This document shows, in pieces, positions 22,219 through 30,344 of a DNA stretch of 64,000 nt. The position numbers and the translations under genes were made by a program. Each line of letters starts with the position of its first letter. Positions within the stretch are counted from its first letter, which is position 1. The notes below the pieces were generated by a model. It ran no database searches. It worked only from the letters and a program-made list of their open reading frames with translations, and was not told the origin of the DNA. This stretch comes from Candidatus Delongbacteria bacterium (GTDB lineage: Bacteria > CAIWAD01), in contig OY760505.1 of assembly GCA_963663545.1 (NCBI GenBank), forward strand, positions 608,001 to 672,000, in the 5' to 3' direction.

Positions 22219-23132
22219 TGAGTGCACCGATGAGCATACGTCGCCCCATCGACCTGGAGAAGCGTGGTGATACATTTTTCGCCCGCTTCCAGGCCTATGC
22301 GGGTCCTTGCGAGATACACCTTTGCGCTGTGTCTCACAATGAGGCTCGCACGCTGGCCGGACTGGCTGCCGAAGAGGCCTGGCGCATAGAACAGAAGTAC
22401 AGCCGCTATCGCGACGACAGCTGGCTGGCCGAACTCCATTCCGCGCGTGGAGAGTGGGTGGACGCTGACAGAGAAACCCTGACTCTGCTTGAATTCGCCG
22501 ACGCGGTGTATCACGCCAGCGCTGGTGCTTTTGACCTGACTTCCGGTGTGTTACGCCGCGTGTGGTCATTCTCCCCGGGATCACAGCCGCCCTCGCAGCA
22601 AACCGTCGATGAAGTCCGCGAGCTGATCGGCTGGCCCCGTGTAGAGCGTGATACGACGGGCGGACGCGTGCGCCTGCCTGCTGGCATGGAGCTGGACCTG
22701 GGCGGTATTGGCAAGGAGTATGCCGTCGACAGCACCGTGCGCCTGCTCTTGTCACACACGCAGCAGCCGCTGCTGGTCAACTACGGCGGCGATTTGCTGG
22801 CCACTTCTCCCCGACCCGATGGCACTCCCTGGCGCGTAGGCGTGGACAATCCCGGTGATACGGGCCAGGCGGCGGGTGCGCTCGAGCTGCAACAGGGAGC
22901 GCTGGCCACCAGCGGTGATGCGCGCCGCTTTCTGGAGCACGCAGGCAAACGCTACGGCCATATCCTGGATGCGCGCACGGGCTTTCCTCCATCCGATGCA
23001 CCGCGCAGTGTGACGGTGTTGGCGGATACGTGCAGCGAAGCGGGTGTGCTTTCCACTCTGGCCATTTTGCGGGGAGCTGGTGCAGAGGAGTTTCTGCGGG
23101 AGGCGGGGAAGCGCTTCTGGGTGATGAGGTAG
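22218..23132 (+). CDS. apbE: FAD:protein FMN transferase ApbE
   Basis: DLGGIGKEYAVD, NYGGD, ATSGD..R, YGHILDARTG. Confidence 0.92.
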   Translation: MSAPMSIRRPIDLEKRGDTFFARFQAYAGPCEIHLCAVSHNEARTLAGLAAEEAWRIEQKYSRYRDDSWLAELHSARGEWVDADRETLTLLEFADAVYHASAGAFDLTSGVLRRVWSFSPGSQPPSQQTVDEVRELIGWPRVERDTTGGRVRLPAGMELDLGGIGKEYAVDSTVRLLLSHTQQPLLVNYGGDLLATSPRPDGTPWRVGVDNPGDTGQAAGALELQQGALATSGDARRFLEHAGKRYGHILDARTGFPPSDAPRSVTVLADTCSEAGVLSTLAILRGAGAEEFLREAGKRFWVMR

Positions 23133-23152
23133 GGGCATCGACCGTTGCTGCT

Positions 23153-24305
23153 GCAAGCGTCTTCACCCGCCTTGCGGGCGAAGACGTATGCAGAAAGACA
23201 CGCCGCCGCAAGCGTCTTCACCCGCCTCGCGGGCGAAGACGTATGCAGAAAGACACGCCGCCGCAATGCGTCGGCTTTCGTCTTTCTGCTGAGCTGCCAG
23301 TTGTCCCAATGCCAAAGCCCCTTCGACGCTGGGGTACTGGCAAGCCTGGCGGAATTGCGAAGCAATTGCGCAATGTGATTCGCGAAGCGAATCACGCATC
23401 CACACCCAGCCCGAGCGTCTTCACCCGCCTTGCGTGTGAAGACGTATGCAGAAAGACACGCCGCCGCAAGCGTCTTCACCCGCCTTGCGGGCGAAGACGT
23501 ATGCAGAAAGACACGCCGCCGCAATGCGTCGGCTTTCGTCTTTCTGCTAGGCTTTCTGTCAACAGCAGATACTCGGCTTTCGCACTGTTCCTGCTCCCGT
23601 GTCTCACCAACAAGCCCAGCGGAATTGCGAAGCAATTGCGCAATGTGATTCGCGAAGCGAATCACGCATCCACACCCAACCCGAGCGTCTTCACCCGCCT
23701 TGCGGGCGAAGACGTATGCAGAAAGACACGCCGCCGCAATGCGTCGGCTTTCGTCTTTCTGCTAGGCTTTCTGTCAACAGCAGATACTCGGCTTTCGCAC
23801 TGTTCCTGCTCCCGTGTCTCACCAACAAGCCCAGCGGAATTGCGAAGCAATTGCGCAATGTGATTCGCGAAGCGAATCACGCATCCACACCCAGCCCGAG
23901 CGTCTTCACCCGCCTTGCGGGCGAAGACGTATGCAGAAAGACACGCCGCCGCAATGCGTCGGCTTTCGTCTTTCTGCTGAGCTGCCAGTTGTCCCAATGC
24001 CAAAGCCCCTTCGACGCTGGGGTACTGGCAAGCCTGGCGGAATTGCGAAGCAATTGCGCAATGTGATTCGCGAAGCGAATCACGCATCCACACCCAGCCC
24101 GAGCGTCTTCACCCGCCTTGCGGGCGAAGACGTATGCAGAAAGACACGCCGCCGCAATGCGTCGGCTTTCGTCTTTCTGCTGAGCTGCCAGTTGTCCCAA
24201 TGCCAAAGCCCCTTCGACGCTGGGGTACTGGCAAGCCTGGCGGAATTGCGAAGCAATTGCGCAATGTGATTCGCGAAGCGAATCACGCATCCACACCCAG
24301 CCCGA
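23153..24305. repeat. Tandem array of five 203/215-bp multi-hairpin units plus two 55-bp partial units, fused to the CRISPR trailer
   Basis: Units start at 23212, 23470, 23685, 23900 and 24103; 55-bp partials at 23157 and 23415; each unit ends in ATCCACACCCAGCCCGA (one copy has a single substitution). Confidence 0.92.
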
Positions 24306-24966
24306 AGGCCGGGTGATACGTGACGCGATCTGAACTCATGCTCTGGCCTCCTCCATTTCAATCCACACCCAGCCCGAAGGCCGGGTGATACCGCTTGCTG
24401 CTCAACTCCCAGGGATTGTTGCAATCATTTCAATCCACACCCAGCCCGAAGGCCGGGTGATACTCTTCGAGGATCTTCCAGACGTCGAGGACAGTTCCGA
24501 TATTTCAATCCACACCCAGCCCGAAGGCCGGGTGATACGGCGGAGAGACTCAGGGGCAGTTGCAGATCTTCGAATTTCAATCCACACCCAGCCCGAAGGC
24601 CGGGTGATACGGCAGAGTCATCCGCGATGACATTACGCGAAGCAATTTCAATCCACACCCAGCCCGAAGGCCGGGTGATACTCTGCACAAGGGTGCACCT
24701 GTGACACCTGTTGTCGATTTCAATCCACACCCAGCCCGAAGGCCGGGTGATACGCGAATCTGCAAACAAATGGTTGACATTTAGATAATTTCAATCCACA
24801 CCCAGCCCGAAGGCCGGGTGATACCACTGTCGCGGAGATCGTTGAGCGGAAGTCCAAAATTTCAATCCACACCCAGCCCGAAGGCCGGGTGATACGACAG
24901 GCCATTGATTGGGAGCATCCTGAGACTGCATTTCAATCCACACCCAGCCCGAAGGCCGGGTGATAC
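24283..24966 (-). CRISPR. Type I-C CRISPR array: 9 full repeats, 1 degenerate terminal repeat, 9 spacers of 34-38 nt
   Basis: 37-nt repeat GTATCACCCGGCCTTCGGGCTGGGTGTGGATTGAAAT (minus strand); full copies start (+ coordinates) at 24355, 24427, 24502, 24574, 24645, 24717, 24788, 24859 and 24930. Confidence 0.98.
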
Positions 24967-25145
24967 TCCTTGTCCGGCAAGGAGTTGATATTTCTGGTGT
25001 TCGCAAGCCTTCTGCGCGAGTGTCTCCATTCGTGTGACACATCTCTTCTCACGAACACCTGCATCACCTGCTTACTCCTTGTATTTTAGACAGTTGGCAC
25101 AAGCGCGAACCGCAGCTTTGCAGACACTACCGTTTCACCTTCGCG
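24967..25145 (-). promoter_or_regulatory. CRISPR leader
   Basis: Lower-GC non-coding stretch between cas2 and the first intact repeat; the degenerate repeat is at the opposite end. Confidence 0.7.
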
Positions 25146-25436
25146 CTAGACAATGATGGGGCCCTTGAAATCCATCGCCCGGAAGGATCCGAACTCCTTG
25201 ATCCGGGTGTTCTGGCCGTCCGGCAAGACATACATGCGCAGACTGTCTTCCGTCAGCAGTATCTCTTTCAGCAGTTTTCGCTCTAGTTCCTCTGCCTGAG
25301 CCAGGTTGACCTGACATTCAAACACTGATTTCTGCACTCGCTGCCCATAGTCCAGACACGCCTTCGCCACCCTCCTCAAACGTCTTCGCCCAGCTCGTGT
25401 TGTTGTCGACACATCGTAGGTAATGAGCACTCTCAT
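25146..25436 (-). CDS. cas2: CRISPR-associated endonuclease Cas2
   Basis: [34 protein letters not shown]. Confidence 0.96.
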   Translation of the reverse strand: MRVLITYDVSTTTRAGRRRLRRVAKACLDYGQRVQKSVFECQVNLAQAEELERKLLKEILLTEDSLRMYVLPDGQNTRIKEFGSFRAMDFKGPIIV

Positions 25437-25439
25437 CGC

Positions 25440-26462
25440 TCACCTCTGCAGATAGGGCAAGTAGGGTTTTCCCTCACGCAACGCACGCGCAAGCAGACGC
25501 GCCTGAACATGCGGCAGCAACCCAAGAGGAAGCTGGCGTTTGAGCAATCGATGCTCCACCTGCTCCTGCTTCCGCGTTTGCCAGGCAGTGATTACAGCTC
25601 GTCTGCCATCGTCTGTCAGCAGGACGCTACCTCCATCTCTTTCCTGGAAGGCACTCGCCGCAATTTGTCTTCGGTTCACCAGGGCAAGGAACAGGCGATC
25701 CGCGATTGCGGGACGAAACTCCTCCATCAGGTCCAGCGCAAGGGCCATTCGACCGGGTCGCAGACAGTGCAGATAGCCCACCTGTGGATCAAGACCAACA
25801 GACTCAAGCGCAGAACGGCACTCACCAAGCAGCAGTGTATAGAGAAAAGAAAGCAGCGCGTTCACTCTATCTCGAGGTGGGCGTCGATTGCGTCCCTGCC
25901 AGCCAAAGACATCACGGAGTTCGGGTGATACAAGCAAGGAAAAGGACTGGAACCAGAGTCTTGCGCCCTCGCCTTCCAAGCCGCGTAGCTCATCCAGAGA
26001 AGTGCAGACACGCACTTTGCGCAGTAACTCTCGCAGTTCCTCCACGCGGCTTGTAAGCACACCCGTTTCGTCCTTTCCGTCGCGAACTCCACGTTGGAGC
26101 ATTTTGCGTGAATTGGACAGTTTACCAGCGACAAAGGATCTTGCGACGGAGAGGCACTTCGTCGCTGAGTTCAGTGTATCGTGTTGCGCTTTTCGAAGCA
26201 GGACATTGCCCTGAACCGGACCTTCGATCCGCGCCAGAAAACGCCCTGACCGATCCAGGTGGACAATACTGCGCCCGTCCTTGGCACATCGCCCGATCAG
26301 CGCGTGCGATAGAGTTGATTCACCCACGACTACGACTGCCTGCAGATGATGCAAAGGCACTCGCAGAATTTGACGCTGCTCCTGCGTAACACAGAGGTTC
26401 TCACGCTCCAGGTGGAGCCAGACCCCAGGCGTTGTCACGTACAAGGTGTTCAGCAGTTCCAT
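25440..26462 (-). CDS. cas1: Type I-C Cas1
   Basis: LLNTLYVTT, LRGLEGEGA, RNRRPPRDRVNALLSFLY, LALDLMEEFR. Confidence 0.96.
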   Translation of the reverse strand: MELLNTLYVTTPGVWLHLERENLCVTQEQRQILRVPLHHLQAVVVVGESTLSHALIGRCAKDGRSIVHLDRSGRFLARIEGPVQGNVLLRKAQHDTLNSATKCLSVARSFVAGKLSNSRKMLQRGVRDGKDETGVLTSRVEELRELLRKVRVCTSLDELRGLEGEGARLWFQSFSLLVSPELRDVFGWQGRNRRPPRDRVNALLSFLYTLLLGECRSALESVGLDPQVGYLHCLRPGRMALALDLMEEFRPAIADRLFLALVNRRQIAASAFQERDGGSVLLTDDGRRAVITAWQTRKQEQVEHRLLKRQLPLGLLPHVQARLLARALREGKPYLPYLQR

Positions 26463-27082
26463 TTATCCTCCCCGCAGTACAACTCCTGCATGTAATCGCG
26501 AAGCTCAGCATCATGAACAGCGGATTCAGGACAGCAGGCATCGTAGAGGCTGCACTTCTGGCAGCGCTTGTCCGCTGCAGCCATCGGCAACTCTTGCTTC
26601 AGCAGCATCTCTCTGACAAGTCGTGTTACACGAATGACTTCACTCCTGAGGTGGATATCTACGGCAAGCTCGCGTCGCCTCCGGGAACTGTGGTGATACA
26701 CGACAGCAATAGGGATCTCAACACCGAGCATGTCCTCCAGGCACATCGCCTGCGCGGCCGCCTGGATGTCATCGCAACGACGACGTCCTTTTCTCCCGTG
26801 CTTGTATTCCACAGGCACGGGGGAAGCAGAAGTAGGGAACTCTACGACGTCGGCACGCCCTATCAGGCCAAGTCTCTCGCTGAACAGAGGCAGGGCGCGT
26901 TCAATGCGCACGCCCTCCTCCGTCCTGCTGATTGACTCATCCACGTGTTCATGTACAGCCCGTCCACGCAGGGTGTAGACGTTCTCGTCAAAGACTTGTT
27001 CAAGATGGATGAGTGCACATTGTCTTGGACAGTACACGTAGTGCTGCAATGCTGAGATTGGTATCAGCAGTTCTTCATTCAT
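26450..27082 (-). CDS. cas4: Cas4 exonuclease
   Basis: ISALQHYVYCPRQ, ADVVE, PVEYKHG, C-terminal CxxCSLxxxC. Confidence 0.95.
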   Translation of the reverse strand: MNEELLIPISALQHYVYCPRQCALIHLEQVFDENVYTLRGRAVHEHVDESISRTEEGVRIERALPLFSERLGLIGRADVVEFPTSASPVPVEYKHGRKGRRRCDDIQAAAQAMCLEDMLGVEIPIAVVYHHSSRRRRELAVDIHLRSEVIRVTRLVREMLLKQELPMAAADKRCQKCSLYDACCPESAVHDAELRDYMQELYCGEDKWNC

Positions 27083-27085
27083 GTG

Positions 27086-27952
27086 TCACAACACGCGCTG
27101 CAAGCAGACCTGTCCCAGTCCCTCTTCATCCACCTGGATCGCGTAGTCCTCAAAGGCGCGCGCAGGCTTGGTTGCATCCTTGCGTGATACCTGAATGCGA
27201 TCAAAAAGCTTGTGTGCCGGGGCGTTTCCCAGCGCTGAATCATGTTCGAAGACAAACAGGGCGCGGCTTGCCATCTGACCTCGGGCAGCGGAGCGGTCAT
27301 GCTCAAACATGTTCGTCAGAGATTCCCATAAAAGATCGCGGTCGCCTTCGCTGAAGCCCGTCTGCTGTGCCAGATGGGCGGAGACAAAACCATGAGCGCG
27401 ATACAGGCCGTAGGGCACTGTGTACTTGCGGCCCATCTCATGCTCCTTTTTATCCGCATCTTCCTCCTTTGTAATGGCAACACGTGTGATACAGTGTTCC
27501 AGAGCGACGATTGGATCAACGCTCCTTGCAAATGCGAGCTGAACAGGTCCACGCACATTTCCAACTGGCATATCGCCAGTAGACATCACGGCGCCGAAGG
27601 AGCGAATATCATAGAAGTTCTTGCACAAGAACTCCAACGCTGTCTTTGCTGCAGCTTGTTTGTCCGTTCGAGCCTTGGGTAGCTTTTCAACGCCAGTGCT
27701 CTTGTAAGCCTTTTCATGAACCACATTGAGGATCGCTCCTTCCCTCACGTAAACATCATAAGGGGGCTGTTCACCGTGCTTCAAGGCCACGTAGTTGCGC
27801 ACCTTGCGCTTCAGGCAGACATCGGTCACCAGGCCATGTCCCGTTTCCGGGTCGGCGCGGGGCAAGTTTCCCGCATCGGGATCACCATTGGGGTTTCCAT
27901 CCTGCACATCAAACAGCAGTACAAACTCGTATCGGTGATTCAGGGCGCTCAT
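27086..27952 (-). CDS. cas7c: Type I-C Cas7 (Csd2)
   Basis: GNPNGDPDAGNLPR, VTDVCLKRKVRNYV, FYDIRSFGAVM, VRGPVQ. Confidence 0.96.
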   Translation of the reverse strand: MSALNHRYEFVLLFDVQDGNPNGDPDAGNLPRADPETGHGLVTDVCLKRKVRNYVALKHGEQPPYDVYVREGAILNVVHEKAYKSTGVEKLPKARTDKQAAAKTALEFLCKNFYDIRSFGAVMSTGDMPVGNVRGPVQLAFARSVDPIVALEHCITRVAITKEEDADKKEHEMGRKYTVPYGLYRAHGFVSAHLAQQTGFSEGDRDLLWESLTNMFEHDRSAARGQMASRALFVFEHDSALGNAPAHKLFDRIQVSRKDATKPARAFEDYAIQVDEEGLGQVCLQRVL

Positions 27953-29679
27953 GATTCCTCTCCTTCTGTTGTATCACGCTTTGTGTAGAGATTCTGTTTC
28001 TGGTGGTAATAACCCAGTGCGAAATGTCCCTGCCTCTGCAGGTCCAGACAGCCGGGGAACTCGGCAAGCGGCTCTACGACCTCCTGGATCTGACGCTCCA
28101 GGTGGATTGCCATGCCGGGCTTGTCTTTCTGGAGTTTCGCCAGATGATGACGACTCAGACGGATCAGTCGTGGGAAGACGGCCACCGGTGTGCCAGAGGC
28201 CGAGCTGAAATAGGAGTTAAGAGTTTCGGCATTGACGGCCTGTTTCTGTGTGTACTCCAGCAGCGCGAACAGGCGGCCGAGCCGATAGCCCGGATTGGTG
28301 TTGTGCGGATCAAGACTCACGTGAATATCCTCCCATTGTGCATCAGATTGCGATCGTTTGTAGCGGTTCAGCCATGCCTTGAGCAGAGCGGCGCGGCAGT
28401 AGGTTACAGCGCTTCTGTTCTGTTCGCTGCGACATCGCTGTATCACACCGCCAAGAATGCTATGCGGAAGCGCCCTACCCTGGAGAGCAGCCATGGTCAG
28501 CTCCGGCCCGAGGCGCGGCGACAGTCGCTTCACATCCTCCAGGGGTGCCATGCTTCTAAGCAATTGGTAAATGGTTGGTCGCTCCGGATCATGAGATCCA
28601 CGAGCGATCTCCAGATCCTTCCAAAAGCTGCGCACAGTACGACTTAACTCGGCAACGGTAGACCGAATGAAGAAGCGTACGGCCACGCGCGCCGCCGCTG
28701 GCGACAAGCCAAGTAGAAAAAAGTCAGTTGTGCCGTCTCTGCTTTCTTCCAGGTGGCGATACAGGGCGCGAATGGCTGTGCCATCCACATCTGCTTGATC
28801 CTGAAAGAAAAGTGCCTCAAGACTGTGCTCGAGTGGAACAGAATCAGCGGCCCAGTATACGACTTTACATCCTCCGCCAATGTTGTGTCCGCGCTCCAGC
28901 AAGTAGTGAAGCGCCTGTCCGTAGGCTTGTGCTGCGTACTCGCTAGTGGGCGCGTTCCGACCTTCCATCCATCCATGCGACTTGCTGCTCTGTGCATTGT
29001 TGCTAACCAGCACACAACCGGAAGTCTGTCCACCGGGCAATTGAATGGCCGGATGCAAACGTGCCCTTTCACGGAATTCTCCCGTGACTAGGCATACCGA
29101 TGTGCCCTGCTTCTCCGAAACCTGCTGAAATGCCTCAGCCAGTTGTGGGCTGGAGCATACTGGCTCGGTAGATCCATTTAACCGGAAACTGAGAGTGGGG
29201 TCAGCAGCGGAAAGCTCTTGCCAACCTTGATGCTCGGTGACAAGCTTGTACTCCCCACTCTCATAGAATCTACAGACAGCTCGAAACCCGATGTCATCTG
29301 GGCAAGAATCACGAACAGTCGTTGCCAACTCCAGGAATGCGGCCAACTGTAAACAGGCTCGCTCCTCCCGCTTCTTTGACTGTTGCGGAGTCTCATCTTG
29401 CTTGGCACCTACGATTCCCAATACATAGGACTGGTTATCGAAGAGCGGTTGTGCACGAACACCGCTCGTACGAGTTGGAGTTGCCGGAACCTGAAGACTT
29501 CTTCCGATTTGATTCTTGCCAACCTGAGCTCGCAAGTCTTCCAACTCAACGAAGTGCCCCTCTTCATCAATCACTATCAGCCCATCGATCTTCGCAGTCG
29601 TCATGCCAGGTGGCGGAATCTCATCCGGGGCATCCCGGCGCATGCGCTCGTAATACTTCACCAGTTCCTGCAGAATCAT
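27949..29679 (-). CDS. cas8c: Type I-C Cas8c (Csd1)
   Basis: MILQELVKYY start overlapping the cas5 stop (ATGA), CLVTG, YRLGRLFALLE, FALGYYHQ. Confidence 0.93.
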   Translation of the reverse strand: MILQELVKYYERMRRDAPDEIPPPGMTTAKIDGLIVIDEEGHFVELEDLRAQVGKNQIGRSLQVPATPTRTSGVRAQPLFDNQSYVLGIVGAKQDETPQQSKKREERACLQLAAFLELATTVRDSCPDDIGFRAVCRFYESGEYKLVTEHQGWQELSAADPTLSFRLNGSTEPVCSSPQLAEAFQQVSEKQGTSVCLVTGEFRERARLHPAIQLPGGQTSGCVLVSNNAQSSKSHGWMEGRNAPTSEYAAQAYGQALHYLLERGHNIGGGCKVVYWAADSVPLEHSLEALFFQDQADVDGTAIRALYRHLEESRDGTTDFFLLGLSPAAARVAVRFFIRSTVAELSRTVRSFWKDLEIARGSHDPERPTIYQLLRSMAPLEDVKRLSPRLGPELTMAALQGRALPHSILGGVIQRCRSEQNRSAVTYCRAALLKAWLNRYKRSQSDAQWEDIHVSLDPHNTNPGYRLGRLFALLEYTQKQAVNAETLNSYFSSASGTPVAVFPRLIRLSRHHLAKLQKDKPGMAIHLERQIQEVVEPLAEFPGCLDLQRQGHFALGYYHQKQNLYTKRDTTEGEES

Positions 29680-30329
29680 GATGCCACCTCCGCAGCATCG
29701 AGTTCCGGAACTGTTACACACCCCTGTTCCATGCTTGCGCGAAAGAAGCGCGGTTCCGCACACTCTCCATCAAAGTCAATGTCATGCAGCATCCAGCCCA
29801 GGTCACGGCTCTCTGTGATTGGTGTATCACCATCCTCGCCGAGAGCAAAGTGTGCCGGAAACTCACGGCAACCCATACAGGGTTGATGAAAGCATTGGCC
29901 GTGTGTCACACGTCGCAGAAACATCTCGCGGAACTTGAGTGGATTATCGCTCGGTCCCGCATTCTTGGTCAGAATGAAATCAGCATGGATCAGATACGCA
30001 ACGTCCCGCAAGACCAGCGCATTTCTCTGGATGCAGTGATCGCTTCCAACAATACCAAGATCACCACATCCCTTTTCCATGGCCGATGCAGCTACGCGTG
30101 CAGAGATCTTGTGATCCACTTCGTTACGCTTGACGCTGTACCATTTCACGGGACGCAACACATCAATCTGCTTCACTCGCCAGCGGATGGCAGGCTTCCA
30201 AAGAATGGCCTCCAGAATGCCACGCGCAGCAGAGGGTGTCATCACGTCGTACGACACACGCTCCACCTTCATCTCTGGTCGCGTGAAGCAGGCGAAATCG
30301 CCCCACACTTTCAGGACTAGCTCTTCCAT
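29676..30329 (-). CDS. cas5c: Type I-C Cas5 (Cas5d) crRNA-processing subunit
   Basis: ACFTRPEMKVERVSYDVMTPSAARGILEAI.WKP, DLGWMLHD. Confidence 0.96.
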   Translation of the reverse strand: MEELVLKVWGDFACFTRPEMKVERVSYDVMTPSAARGILEAILWKPAIRWRVKQIDVLRPVKWYSVKRNEVDHKISARVAASAMEKGCGDLGIVGSDHCIQRNALVLRDVAYLIHADFILTKNAGPSDNPLKFREMFLRRVTHGQCFHQPCMGCREFPAHFALGEDGDTPITESRDLGWMLHDIDFDGECAEPRFFRASMEQGCVTVPELDAAEVAS

Positions 30330-30344
30330 AAGCTCTCTCCTTCG

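Noticed and set aside
23153..24305. Second canonical CRISPR array or insertion sequence
   Set aside because: The constant part is about 145 nt, the inserts are only two recurring sequences, and there is no transposase, terminal inverted repeat or target duplication
24320..24929. Self-targeting spacers
   Set aside because: No protospacer match noticed in this window by eye; a proper search was not possible
22952..25042. Many overlapping ORFs across the repeat units and CRISPR array
   Set aside because: They are translations of non-coding repeats; unit lengths of 203 and 215 are not multiples of 3, and there is no RBS or recognisable domain
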